A stretch of DNA of 64,000 nucleotides from an uncultured Alphaproteobacteria bacterium (GTDB lineage Bacteria > Pseudomonadota > Alphaproteobacteria > Rhizobiales > Hyphomicrobiaceae), in contig CAVRWL010000004.1 in the NCBI GenBank assembly GCA_963724945.1, positions 2,093 to 66,092 on the forward strand. Reading direction: 5' to 3'. Numbering within the stretch: the first letter of the stretch is position 1; every line of letters starts with the position of its first letter. The notes under the pieces were generated by a model. The model saw only the letters and a list, made by a program, of their open reading frames with translations. It ran no database searches and was not told where the DNA came from. The position numbers were made by a program, and so were the translations under genes. Shown here piece by piece: positions 51,457 through 60,947 of this stretch.

Positions 51457-52740
51457 TTGACCACCTTTTCCCAACTCGGGCTCAACGCAGCCCTTTTGAA
51501 ATCGCTCGAAGCCGAAGGCTACACGACGCCAACGCCGATCCAGGCGCAGGCCATTCCGCACGTGCTGGGCGGCAAGGACCTGCTCGGCATCGCCCAGACA
51601 GGCACCGGCAAGACGGCGGCGTTCGCGCTGCCGATCCTGCATCGGCTCGCCGCCGATCGCCGTCCGGCGCTGCGCCACGGCGCGCGCGCGCTCATACTGT
51701 CGCCGACACGCGAGCTCGCGACGCAGATCGCGCAGAGCTTCAAGACCTACGGGCGCCACGTGAACTTGACCGTCGCACTCATGTACGGCGGCGTCCCGCA
51801 CCGGCCGCAGGTTGCCGCGATGATCCGCGGCGTCGATATCCTCGTCGCCACGCCCGGCCGGCTGATCCAGCACATCGAGGAGCGCAGCGTCGTTCTGTCG
51901 GGAACCGAGATCCTCGTTCTCGACGAGGCTGACCAGATGCTCGACATGGGCTTCATCCGGCCGATCCGCCAGATCCTGTCCAAGCTTTCCGCCAAGCGCC
52001 AAAGCCTGTTCTTCTCCGCGACTATGCCCAAGGAGATCGGTGCGCTCGCCGCGGAAATGCTGCGTAACCCAGAGCGCGTCGCCGTGACGCCCGTCGCCAA
52101 GACGGCCGATCGCGTCAGGCAAAGCGTCATCCACGTCGAGCCGCAGAGAAAGCAATCGCTGCTCGTTGAGCTGTTCGCCGATCCGGCGATGCGGCGCACG
52201 CTCGTCTTCACGCGCACCAAGCGCGGCGCCGACAAGGTTGCGCGCCACCTGGAGGCGGCAGGCATCAAGGTCGCCGCAATCCACGGCAACAAGAGCCAGG
52301 TCGCACGCGAGGCCGCGCTGCGCGCGTTCCGTGCCGGCCACATTCGCGGGCTCATCGCCACCGACATCGCCGCTCGCGGCATCGACATCGACGAGGTGAC
52401 ACACGTCGTCAACTTCGACCTGCCGCACGTGCCTGAGAGCTACGTCCATCGCATCGGCCGCACGGCACGCGCCGGCGCGGAAGGCATCGCGATCTCGCTG
52501 TGCGGGCGCGAGGAGCGCCCGCTCCTGCGCGACATCGAGCGCCTGACGCGGCAGTCGATCGCGAGTATCGACCGCCACGAGAGCAGGGAGGGCGAGGAGC
52601 CCGAGAGCAACCGGCATGGGCTGGTCGAGCGGCGCAGCGGCCCTCCGGCGAAGTTCCGCCACGCCCACAACGGCAAGAGACAAGGTGTGAGCACCTCCAA
52701 GCAGCAGCGCCGCCATCGTGGCGCAGCAATTGCTCGTTAA
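51457..52740 (+). CDS. DEAD-box RNA helicase (RhlE-like)
   Basis: AQTGTGKT, PTRELA, DEAD, SAT, ARGID, HRIGRTAR; TTG start. Confidence 0.96.
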   Translation: MTTFSQLGLNAALLKSLEAEGYTTPTPIQAQAIPHVLGGKDLLGIAQTGTGKTAAFALPILHRLAADRRPALRHGARALILSPTRELATQIAQSFKTYGRHVNLTVALMYGGVPHRPQVAAMIRGVDILVATPGRLIQHIEERSVVLSGTEILVLDEADQMLDMGFIRPIRQILSKLSAKRQSLFFSATMPKEIGALAAEMLRNPERVAVTPVAKTADRVRQSVIHVEPQRKQSLLVELFADPAMRRTLVFTRTKRGADKVARHLEAAGIKVAAIHGNKSQVAREAALRAFRAGHIRGLIATDIAARGIDIDEVTHVVNFDLPHVPESYVHRIGRTARAGAEGIAISLCGREERPLLRDIERLTRQSIASIDRHESREGEEPESNRHGLVERRSGPPAKFRHAHNGKRQGVSTSKQQRRHRGAAIAR

Positions 52741-53836
52741 AGAGGAGGGTTCCCGGGACACGCGGCCGGCACAGCCGGCCGCCATCGCACAAGGATCCAT
52801 CGTGCAACAGGCTGAAACCGCCAATTCCAATGTCACCGCCCGCGATTGGGCCTCGCTGCTGAGCCGCTATCGCGAGCCGAGCCCGCGACGCAGCGCGTTC
52901 GAGCTGGCAATCACCGCCGTAGCGTTCGTCCTGACGTGGGTCCTGATGTGGATCACCCTCGGGTTCGGCTATTGGCTCACGCTGCTGATCGCGGTTCCGG
53001 CCGCCGGCTTCCTCGTGCGGCTTTTCATGATCCAGCACGACTGCGGCCACGGAACACTCTTCCGCAACCGGGCCACCAACGACTGGATCGGGCGCGTGCT
53101 CGGCACGTTCACGCTGACGCCTTATGACTGCTGGCGGCGCAGCCACAACATCCACCACGCCAGCTCGGGCAATCTGCAAGAGCGCGGAATTGGCGACATC
53201 GAAACCTTGACGGTGCGCGAATATCTGGCGTTGCCGAGATGGCGGAGGTTTCGCTACCGGCTCTACCGGCATCCGCTCGTCATGTTCGGGCTCGGGCCGG
53301 CCTATCTGTTCATCCTGCAGCATCGCTTGCCCGTCGGACTGATGCGCAAGGGCTGGCGGCCGTGGGTCAGCACCATGGCGACGAATGCGGCGATCGCGGT
53401 CGTCGCCGGCGCCATGATTTGGCTGATCGGATTGGGCCCATTCCTGCTGGTGCACCTGCCGATCACGCTGCTCGCCGCATCGATCGGCGTGTGGCTGTTC
53501 TACGTGCAGCATCAGTTCGAGGAGACCACGTGGGCAGACGCCTCTTCGTGGAACCCGCACGATGCGGCGCTGCACGGCAGCTCGCATTACGCCTTGCCGG
53601 GCGTGCTGCGCTGGTTCACGGCCAACATCGGCATCCACCACGTGCACCATCTGTGCAGCCGCATTCCGTTCTATCGTCTCTCGCAGGTGCTGCGCGACCA
53701 TCCGGAGCTTGCGACGATCGGGCGTATCACGCTCATCGACAGCTTGCGCTGCGTGCGCTTCGCGCTTTGGGACGAGACGCGCCGGCGCTTGATCTCGTTT
53801 GGCGAGCTCCGCCGCCGGCTCTCGTGCCCTGCATGA
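52718..53836 (+). CDS. membrane fatty acid desaturase (Des/DesA-like)
   Basis: Three His boxes HDCGH, HNIHH, HHVHH; overlaps the helicase stop. Confidence 0.93.
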   Translation: MAQQLLVKEEGSRDTRPAQPAAIAQGSIVQQAETANSNVTARDWASLLSRYREPSPRRSAFELAITAVAFVLTWVLMWITLGFGYWLTLLIAVPAAGFLVRLFMIQHDCGHGTLFRNRATNDWIGRVLGTFTLTPYDCWRRSHNIHHASSGNLQERGIGDIETLTVREYLALPRWRRFRYRLYRHPLVMFGLGPAYLFILQHRLPVGLMRKGWRPWVSTMATNAAIAVVAGAMIWLIGLGPFLLVHLPITLLAASIGVWLFYVQHQFEETTWADASSWNPHDAALHGSSHYALPGVLRWFTANIGIHHVHHLCSRIPFYRLSQVLRDHPELATIGRITLIDSLRCVRFALWDETRRRLISFGELRRRLSCPA

Positions 53837-53914
53837 CAGCCGCGCTGCGCACATTTATTGCCCAGTTGAGATCCTGACCCCGGAGAGCCCGCAGTGACTT
53901 AAACAAGATCTGTC

Positions 53915-54133
53915 GTGCTCATGCTGGTGCTTGGTGCGCTCGGCGCCGTCATGGCGGTCGCCTTCCTGCTCATGGCCGATGGCGGCGCCCCGCATGGCTA
54001 CGGCGCGTTGATCGCCAATGAGCTCCCCGTCCTCATCGTTGCCGCGGGGATGGGATTTGGCGTGGGAATGCTGATCGCGCTTCTGTGGTCGGTCTTGCAG
54101 CGGCTCTTGGCTGTGAACGCCCCGCCGGCTTAG
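53915..54133 (+). CDS. small two-TM membrane protein
   Basis: 72-aa hydrophobic ORF; start uncertain. Confidence 0.5.
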   Translation: MLMLVLGALGAVMAVAFLLMADGGAPHGYGALIANELPVLIVAAGMGFGVGMLIALLWSVLQRLLAVNAPPA

Positions 54134-54156
54134 CGCGCTGCTCTTTGCGCCGAAGC

Positions 54157-55413
54157 TCAAACGGGCAGCACTAGCGGCTTCCCGCTGGGAAACTGAGCGA
54201 CCGTCATCGGATCGATGTGGAGGGTCTGGGCCACCATCGCGCGCGGGGTATGGCTCAACCAGTCGGACAGCGATACGTCGGCGACGTACGGGGCTCTGAA
54301 CACCTCGAGGTAGACGAGATCGGTCGAGCCGGTGTTGCGCAGATAATGCCCAAACGCTCTTTTGATGTAGCCGATATCGCCCGGATTGAAGTTCTGCGTC
54401 ACGGCGTTGGGCCCGGTATTGAACACGGTCGCCTCGCCCTGGCCGGCGATGACGTAGAGCCACTCGTCGGCGTTCGGGTGCCAGTGCATTTCGCGCATGC
54501 CGCCGGGGTGGATCGTCACGAGCGCCGCCGCGATGGTTTTCGCGATCTCGAAGTTCGTGCTGTCGGCGATGCGTACCTCGCCGCCGCGCGTTTTGCGAAT
54601 GGGCGCGACCTCGTTGAGCTGAAACGCCGAGCGCAGCTTGGGCAGCCCTGCATCGCCCGCCGCCTGTTGCTGCGCGGCCTCGATCGGCCCCGGCATTTCG
54701 CCCTGGAAGATGTAGAGATCGTGCAGCGGGATCTTGCTGAAGGTCTCGGCGGGAACGCCGAAGTTCATCGCCAGCACGTCGGGCTGCGTATGCGCCATCC
54801 AATCGGTGAGCAGTAGCGTGTTGAACTCGGACGCCTTGCCCTCATCGAAGCAAAGGATGAACTCGCAGCCGTCCTCGCCGATGCCTTGCAGGGAGTGCGG
54901 TAGCCCGGCGGGGAAGTACCAGAGCCCGCCCTGGTGCACGTCCTCGACGTTGGCGCGGCCCTGCTGGTCGATGGTGGTGATGCGGCACGAGCCGGCCGTC
55001 ACGTAGGCCCATTCCGCGAAGAGATGCCAGTGCAGCTCGCGGATGCCGCCGCGCGTCAAGCGCATATTGACGCCGGCGATCTCGGAGGCGATCTGGAAGT
55101 CGTATTGCGTGACCTGGCGCGCCCAGCCGCCGTCCTGGATGCGGCGCGGCGCATTGTTGAAGGACGCCCAGAACATCGGCAGCTCGCCCACATCGGTCGC
55201 CGGTGGCGAGAGGGCGCCGGGAAACTGACGGGAGAGAGCCGGGTTGTTCGGGCCCAGCACCGAAGTGCTCGACGGGTTGGTGCGCGTGTTGATCGCGCCT
55301 TGCGGCGGCTCGTCCGGATTGCCGTAGGAGGCCGCGCGTGCGGCGGTAGCAGCCGTGACAAGGCCGCCCGCGGCGGCGGCTGCGAGGACGTGGCGGCGTG
55401 ACAGCGGCTGCAT
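54157..55413 (-). CDS. oxdC: bicupin oxalate decarboxylase with Tat signal
   Basis: SRRHVL twin-arginine leader; RELHWH..AEW and REMHWHPNADEW Mn sites; lid Glu in SEFNT. Confidence 0.88.
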   Translation of the reverse strand: MQPLSRRHVLAAAAAGGLVTAATAARAASYGNPDEPPQGAINTRTNPSSTSVLGPNNPALSRQFPGALSPPATDVGELPMFWASFNNAPRRIQDGGWARQVTQYDFQIASEIAGVNMRLTRGGIRELHWHLFAEWAYVTAGSCRITTIDQQGRANVEDVHQGGLWYFPAGLPHSLQGIGEDGCEFILCFDEGKASEFNTLLLTDWMAHTQPDVLAMNFGVPAETFSKIPLHDLYIFQGEMPGPIEAAQQQAAGDAGLPKLRSAFQLNEVAPIRKTRGGEVRIADSTNFEIAKTIAAALVTIHPGGMREMHWHPNADEWLYVIAGQGEATVFNTGPNAVTQNFNPGDIGYIKRAFGHYLRNTGSTDLVYLEVFRAPYVADVSLSDWLSHTPRAMVAQTLHIDPMTVAQFPSGKPLVLPV

Positions 55414-55581
55414 CTTTTTGTTCCTTCCGGCCTCCTCAGAGCACCCGAATTGAGCACGCTTTGATTGAGAAGGTGCTGACGCACGTCGTGGCGTCTTAAG
55501 GTTGCGTTGCGCGCGCGCTGGCAAATCGACAAAAATCCGGCGCGCGCGGGCTTGTTAACGATCAGCGCGGCTGTCGGCCCG

Positions 55582-55607
55582 GGAACGACGGCGGCCAGTT
55601 GCGTGTT
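55582..55607 (+). promoter_or_regulatory. possible EcfG promoter
   Basis: GGAAC-N17-TGTT upstream of the Fet4-like gene. Confidence 0.45.
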
Positions 55608-55642
55608 GTCTGTCGCCATTCTGCGCCTTCCGGTGTGCTCCA

Positions 55643-56062
55643 ATGCTGATCGGCAAGAAAAAAGCTTCCTGGTTTTCCCTCTTCGCGCGCCGGGCCGCTA
55701 CCGTCGCCGGCCGTCCGGTCGCATTTGCGGCGGCGCTCGGCGCCCTCTTCGCGTGGGGTCTGAGCGGCCCCTTCTTCGGCTTCAGCGACACCTGGCAGCT
55801 CATCATCAACACCGGCACGACGATCGTGACGTTCCTGATGGTGTTCGTCATTCAGAACTCGCAGAACCGCGACTCGGAGGCGATCCAGGTGAAGCTCGAC
55901 GAGCTCATCCGTGCCATCGAGGGCGCGCAGAACAAGCTGCTCGATCTAGAGGAGCTGGGGCAAGAGGAGATCTCGGGCATCCGCAAGGAGTACAGTCGGC
56001 TCGCCGCCGATGCCCGCAACGGCAGCGGCCACGACAGCGATTGCCCGCCCGCTCCCGCGTAA
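55643..56062 (+). CDS. low-affinity iron permease (Fet4-like) family protein
   Basis: FSDTWQLIINTGTTIVTFLMVFVIQNSQNRD...KLDELI. Confidence 0.9.
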   Translation: MLIGKKKASWFSLFARRAATVAGRPVAFAAALGALFAWGLSGPFFGFSDTWQLIINTGTTIVTFLMVFVIQNSQNRDSEAIQVKLDELIRAIEGAQNKLLDLEELGQEEISGIRKEYSRLAADARNGSGHDSDCPPAPA

Positions 56063-56069
56063 TGGACGG

Positions 56070-57914
56070 CTATGTCGGTGCGCGGGCGGCGCTCGCCGGC
56101 GCGCTGCGCCAGCGCACGATGAAGTCGGCAGGGATGGCGATCGACCAGCGCACACCCTCCTGGGGAAACTCATATGCGACGGTCGCGTTGAGGGCCTGCG
56201 CGGCGACCCGCTCGATGACGATATGGCCGAAGCCCTTGACCGCCGGCGGCGCCACGGCGGGGCCGGCCCGCTCCCGCCAATTGAGGCTCAAGCGCGGCTT
56301 GCCATCGCCGTTGGATGCAACCGACCACATCACGCGCACCCGCCCTTCGCTCGTGGACAATGCGCCGTACTTCGCCGCGTTGGTGGCGAGCTCGTGCAGC
56401 GCCAGTCCGAGGTTCTGCGCCGCGGTCGCGTTGACGAAGACGCTCGGCCCCTCGCATTCGAGCGCTTCGGATTCGCTGCCGATGAAGGGTTGCAGCACCG
56501 CGCGGATGAGCTCTTCGAGGGAGGCGCCCGCCCAATCCTCCGCGACAAGCAGGTCATGGGAGGCCGAAAGGCCCTGCAGGCGCTGGATCAGCTCCGATTG
56601 CAGCACGGCGACGTCGCTGCTCGCGCGCGCGGTCTGGCGCACCATCGCCATGATGACGGCGAGCAGGTTCTTGGTGCGGTGCGATAACTCGCGCATGACG
56701 ACGCGCAGGTGCTTGTCGACCCGCGTTCGCTCGGAAATGTCGCGCAGCACGGCAGAGAAGCCGATGATGCGTCCATCGGGACGGCGCATCGGCGCCGCAT
56801 TGATCGCGACATCGATCAACGTTCCGTCCTTGCGCCGCCGCACCGCGTCGCGCAGCACGTGCTCGCCGTGGCGCAAGTGCTGATACTTCTCCTCGAATTC
56901 CTGGCCGGCGCCCTCCGTGAACAGGATCCGCTCCGACGTGCCGATGATCTCATCGGCCGTGTACCCGAACATCTGCTCCGCACCGGGATTCCACGACAGC
57001 ACCGTGCCGTCCTCCGCGAGGGAGATGATGGCGTCGGGCGACATTCCGACGATCGTCGCCAGCTGGGCGTTGCGCTCGGCCTCCTCAAGATGCTCGGTGA
57101 TGTCCGTGTTGGTCCCGAACCAGCGCACGACCTTGCCGCTCTCGTCGCGGATCGGCATGGCTCTCGACAGAAACCAGCGATAGGTGCCGTCGCGTCCGCG
57201 CAGCGGGAAGGTGTCCTCCCACACCTCGCCCGTCTTAAAGTGACGGGAAATCTTCTCGACGACGCGATTGACGTGATCGGGATGATGCACCTTTTGCCAG
57301 CCCCATCCCTTCATCTCCTCGAGGCTCGTGCCCGTGTAGTCGAACCAGCGCTTGTTGTACCAGAAGATGGATCCCGTCTCGTCGGCCATCCAGGCGAACT
57401 GCGCGATGTTGTCGGCGAGCGTGCGAAAGCGCGACTCGCTTTCCCGTTGCGCGCGCGCAGCGTACACCCACGGCGTCGTCTCCACGACGATGGCGAGCAC
57501 GCCCGCGGGCGCGCCCGTCTCGTCGCGCACCGGGCTGTAGTCGAGGTTCATCCATGCATCCTCGGGCGCGCCACGGCGATTGAGGAGGAAGTGCTTGTCC
57601 TTGAACGACAGCATCTCTCCGGCAAGCCCGACTTGCATCACCTGTCGGTTGAAGTCAGCAACCTCGGGCCATCCCTGCAGAACCGGCGAGCCGAGGATCT
57701 GCGGATGGCGGCTTCCGGCAAAGCCCGCATAGGCATCGTTGTAGATCATGATGCCGTCCTTCCCCCACAGCAGCACCATCGGCAGGGGCGAAGCCGTGAC
57801 GATGTCGACGGCAGTCCGCAAGCTCTGCGGCCAAGTCTCGATCGCGCCGAGACTGGTCGCCGACCAATCGAACGCTTGGATGTGCGATTTCATTTCGCTG
57901 GCAGGGGGTGACAT
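56070..57914 (-). CDS. cytoplasmic multi-PAS HWE histidine kinase
   Basis: FDWSATSLG PAS-like N-terminus, PAC motifs, RELSHRTKN, HELATNAAKYG, WRE. Confidence 0.93.
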   Translation of the reverse strand: MSPPASEMKSHIQAFDWSATSLGAIETWPQSLRTAVDIVTASPLPMVLLWGKDGIMIYNDAYAGFAGSRHPQILGSPVLQGWPEVADFNRQVMQVGLAGEMLSFKDKHFLLNRRGAPEDAWMNLDYSPVRDETGAPAGVLAIVVETTPWVYAARAQRESESRFRTLADNIAQFAWMADETGSIFWYNKRWFDYTGTSLEEMKGWGWQKVHHPDHVNRVVEKISRHFKTGEVWEDTFPLRGRDGTYRWFLSRAMPIRDESGKVVRWFGTNTDITEHLEEAERNAQLATIVGMSPDAIISLAEDGTVLSWNPGAEQMFGYTADEIIGTSERILFTEGAGQEFEEKYQHLRHGEHVLRDAVRRRKDGTLIDVAINAAPMRRPDGRIIGFSAVLRDISERTRVDKHLRVVMRELSHRTKNLLAVIMAMVRQTARASSDVAVLQSELIQRLQGLSASHDLLVAEDWAGASLEELIRAVLQPFIGSESEALECEGPSVFVNATAAQNLGLALHELATNAAKYGALSTSEGRVRVMWSVASNGDGKPRLSLNWRERAGPAVAPPAVKGFGHIVIERVAAQALNATVAYEFPQEGVRWSIAIPADFIVRWRSAPASAARAPT

Positions 57915-58028
57915 GGCCGGCTCGGAAGCGCTTTGCGACAGTCTACGTGAGGAGCACGTGGCACGGTATGTCATTTGACATATCTGCGTTATGAGGTCAT
58001 TGCGGACGCCCGGCGCGCTCGACGCACT

Positions 58029-58054
58029 GGAACCGAACCGCGCGCGCCGGAGTT
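58029..58054 (+). promoter_or_regulatory. EcfG promoter of the DUF1328 gene
   Basis: GGAAC-N17-AGTT. Confidence 0.65.
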
Positions 58055-58097
58055 GGGGAAGACGAGCGAATGCCAATCCCCTCAGCGCGAGGCAGCC

Positions 58098-58274
58098 ATG
58101 GGCAACCTTCTCTCCTGGGCCGTCGTCTTTCTCATCATCGCTCTCATCGCCGCCTTCCTGGGCTTCGGCGGCGTCGCCGGCGTGGCGACCAATGGGGCGC
58201 GAATGCTGTTCTGGGTCGCCATCATCCTCGTGGTTCTCTCTTTCATCGGCGGCATGTTGCGACGTGGCTCTTGA
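58098..58274 (+). CDS. DUF1328 small membrane protein
   Basis: [22 protein letters not shown]. Confidence 0.9.
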   Translation: MGNLLSWAVVFLIIALIAAFLGFGGVAGVATNGARMLFWVAIILVVLSFIGGMLRRGS

Positions 58275-58392
58275 AGGCGCGGCCGAAGGCATCGAGGAAG
58301 CTTAGCCTCCGCAGCAAGGCCGAAAAAACGACGTATTTTCCATGAGATAGGCGGGAACCAGCTGTCGGGGGGTGGCAAATCTCTGCTATGGT

Positions 58393-58418
58393 GGAACTTT
58401 CCCCGTTGCCCATGCGTT
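58393..58418 (+). promoter_or_regulatory. EcfG promoter of phyR
   Basis: GGAAC-N17-CGTT. Confidence 0.85.
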
Positions 58419-58456
58419 AGCGCGCATCGCGGCCCACCGTGAGAGAAGGGGAGACC

Positions 58457-59272
58457 ATGTCGATCTCAGAGGTTATCGCACCGCAGCTGCCGTACTTAAG
58501 GCGGTTCGCGCGCGTGTTGTCGGGCAGCCAGGCAAGCGGCGACGCCTACGTCGTCGCGATGCTCGAAGCGCTCGCGGCCGAGCCCGACCTATTTCCCACC
58601 GATCTCAATCCGCGGGTCGCAACATATCAGACCTTTCTCAAGGTCTGGAACACGGTGCGCCTCAACCAGAAGGCCGCCGAGACCGCGGTCTCCGAGCGGC
58701 TCGCGGCGGCCGACCGCAAGCTCGAAGCCATAACGCCGAGAGCGCGCCAAGCGTTTCTGCTGATTGCGGTCGAGGAGTTCACGACCGAGGAAGCCGAACA
58801 GACTCTCGAGACCGACGAGATGGGCATCAAATCGCTCGTCGACCAGGCTGCTTCGGAGATCGCCGAGCAAGTGGCGACGAACGTTCTCATCATCGAGGAC
58901 GAGCCGATGATCGCCATCGACCTTGCCGATCTCGTCACCGGCCTCGGCCATGACGTCTGCGAGACGGCACGCACCCACAAGGAAGCCGTGGCGGCCTTCG
59001 GCCGGCACAAGCCGGGCTTGGTTCTCGCCGACATCCAACTTGCCGACGGCAGCTCCGGCTTGGATGCGGTCAATGAGATTCTGGGATCGTTCGATGTGCC
59101 GGTGATCTTCATCACGGCTTATCCCGAGCGGCTGTTGACCGGCAGCCGTCCGGAGCCGACGTTCCTTGTCAACAAGCCGTTCCGGACAGAGACCGTGCAG
59201 GCCGTCATCAGCCAGGCGCTGTTTTTCGACTACAGAGCGCGCCGCCCGAATGCCCGGGTCGCCTCGGCCTGA
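58457..59272 (+). CDS. phyR: anti-anti-sigma response regulator PhyR
   Basis: Sigma-like N-terminus LPYLRRFAR.LSGSQASGDAYV; receiver IIEDE, ADIQLADG, FITAYPERLLTG. Confidence 0.96.
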   Translation: MSISEVIAPQLPYLRRFARVLSGSQASGDAYVVAMLEALAAEPDLFPTDLNPRVATYQTFLKVWNTVRLNQKAAETAVSERLAAADRKLEAITPRARQAFLLIAVEEFTTEEAEQTLETDEMGIKSLVDQAASEIAEQVATNVLIIEDEPMIAIDLADLVTGLGHDVCETARTHKEAVAAFGRHKPGLVLADIQLADGSSGLDAVNEILGSFDVPVIFITAYPERLLTGSRPEPTFLVNKPFRTETVQAVISQALFFDYRARRPNARVASA

Positions 59273-59340
59273 AGTCGCACGCAGATTGTCAGGAGGAGCC
59301 GACGCGGGTGCGGAGCGAGGCGCGCTGCTGCACGTCCTTC

Positions 59341-59871
59341 TCACCTGTGTCGTCCCCGGCAAGCACCCTCCGCCGGATCGCGCGACATCAACTGGGCGAG
59401 CTTCGTGCGCGCGCGATTGACACGGCTCTTGACCGTGCCGACCGCGCAGCCGCAGATGCCGGCTGCGTCCTCGTAGGAGAACCCTTCCGCCCCGACGAGG
59501 ATCAACGCCTCGCGCTGGTCGGCCGGCAACTTGGCTAGCGCATTGTTGAGGTCGATGAGGTCGAGATGGCCATGCTGCTCGGGGGCGACCGCCTGGCGCG
59601 CGGCAAACTGGCCGTCGGCGTCGGGAACCTCGCGCTTCGTCTTGCGCAGCTCTGAGAAGTAGGCGTTGCGCAGGATCGTGAACAGCCACGCCTTGAGGTT
59701 GGTGCCCTGCTGGAAGGATTCCAGGTGATTCCAGGCCTTCACGAGGGCCTCCTGGACGAGATCGTCGGCGCGATCGCGGTTGCCGCACAGCGAGATGGCG
59801 AACGCCCGCATGTTCGGGATCGCCGCCACCAGATCGTCTCGGAGCGAGGTATCCTGCGCCCGCACGGTCAC
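59341..59871 (-). CDS. ecfG: general stress ECF sigma factor EcfG
   Basis: IPNMRAFAISLCG.RDRADDLVQE, AWLFTILRN, GTVKSRVNRAR; overlaps the nepR stop. Confidence 0.93.
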   Translation of the reverse strand: MTVRAQDTSLRDDLVAAIPNMRAFAISLCGNRDRADDLVQEALVKAWNHLESFQQGTNLKAWLFTILRNAYFSELRKTKREVPDADGQFAARQAVAPEQHGHLDLIDLNNALAKLPADQREALILVGAEGFSYEDAAGICGCAVGTVKSRVNRARTKLAQLMSRDPAEGACRGRHR

Positions 59872-60185
59872 TGACCACCCTCCTCGGGCTCGTCAGCCTT
59901 CTGCGGGCGGGGCTCGTTGCGTTCGAGCTCCTTGATGAGCTGCGTGATCGCGTCGGGAACAGGCGCGTTGAGAAGCTCGCTGTAGGCGGCCTTCAATTGC
60001 TTGCCGAGGATGCCGGGAAGCACATCCTGGTTGCGTGCGCGTGTGCGTCCTAGCCGCTTACCTCGTCCATCGCTCTGGGGTGCCTTGCTTGAGGAGGGGT
60101 CTTTCAAATCCGGCGCCGCGTGCTGCGCTTGCAAGCTCTCATCGCATGACTTGCCGCCAAGCGCCTTCTTCTCCTCGGACATCAA
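59868..60185 (-). CDS. nepR: anti-sigma factor NepR
   Basis: Core LGKQLKAAYSELLNAPVPDAITQLIKEL; directly upstream of ecfG. Confidence 0.88.
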   Translation of the reverse strand: MMSEEKKALGGKSCDESLQAQHAAPDLKDPSSSKAPQSDGRGKRLGRTRARNQDVLPGILGKQLKAAYSELLNAPVPDAITQLIKELERNEPRPQKADEPEEGGQ

Positions 60186-60330
60186 TCAGACCCTCCCCCG
60201 TCCCGCCGCGACGTCGTGCACGCGAGGCTCCTTATTCTGCAGAGCGCACGCCATCTCATTTCTCCGGGGGCTCCCTCGCCGGAGCAAGATCGTCCGGCTG
60301 CACCTTAACATCGGACCTATAGGCTTCAGC

Positions 60331-60355
60331 AACGGCCGGCCGCGGGAAAGGTTCC
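60331..60355 (-). promoter_or_regulatory. EcfG promoter of nepR-ecfG
   Basis: Minus strand GGAAC-N16-CGTT. Confidence 0.85.
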
Positions 60356-60512
60356 CTTAGGGGAATAGATTTTTTGCTCGGCCGCTCCATCTGATGGTGC
60401 TGCAGCGCAAAAAGAAGCCCGCGACCCAAGGGCGAGCCCGGGTCGCGGGCTGGAAACGTGCCGGCTGGAGGCGAGGGAGGTGCCGGCTCGCCCGACTTGC
60501 GTGGTCAGGGCC

Positions 60513-60710
60513 TCACCAGCGGCGCATGGCCTCGTCGACCTGCTTCTTAACTGCGTCCTTGGCGATGCCGTAGTGCTCTTGGATCTTGCCCTCGAGCTGC
60601 TCACGGTTGCCGGCGATCTGGTTGAGCTCGTCGTCCGTGAGCTTGCCCCACTGCTCCTTAACCTTTCCTCTGAACTGCTTCCAGTTGCCACTCACGCGAT
60701 CCCAATTCAT
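60513..60710 (-). CDS. CsbD family stress protein
   Basis: MNWDRVSGNWKQFRGKVKEQWGKLTDDEL. Confidence 0.95.
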   Translation of the reverse strand: MNWDRVSGNWKQFRGKVKEQWGKLTDDELNQIAGNREQLEGKIQEHYGIAKDAVKKQVDEAMRRW

Positions 60711-60749
60711 CGTTCTTCTCCTTGAGTTGCGTTGTGCAATCGGCGTGAA

Positions 60750-60774
60750 AACGAGTGCCTCCGGGATTAGTTCC
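60750..60774 (-). promoter_or_regulatory. EcfG promoter of csbD
   Basis: Minus strand GGAAC-N16-CGTT. Confidence 0.85.
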
Positions 60775-60834
60775 GGCGGCGGTTGCAGCTTCCTGCCGAT
60801 GATTCACGAGGGCATTAACGTGCACGGCGAAATG

Positions 60835-60859
60835 GGAACTTCTTTTACGGAGCTGCGTT
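60835..60859 (+). promoter_or_regulatory. EcfG promoter of the membrane HWE kinase
   Basis: GGAAC-N16-CGTT. Confidence 0.8.
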
Positions 60860-60947
60860 TAGGCTAACCCGTTCGGGATAGCTCTCGCGCGGCGACGGGC
60901 GCTGCTCGCTGCCTCCGGGGAGGCTTAACCGAGAAGATCATCTTGCG

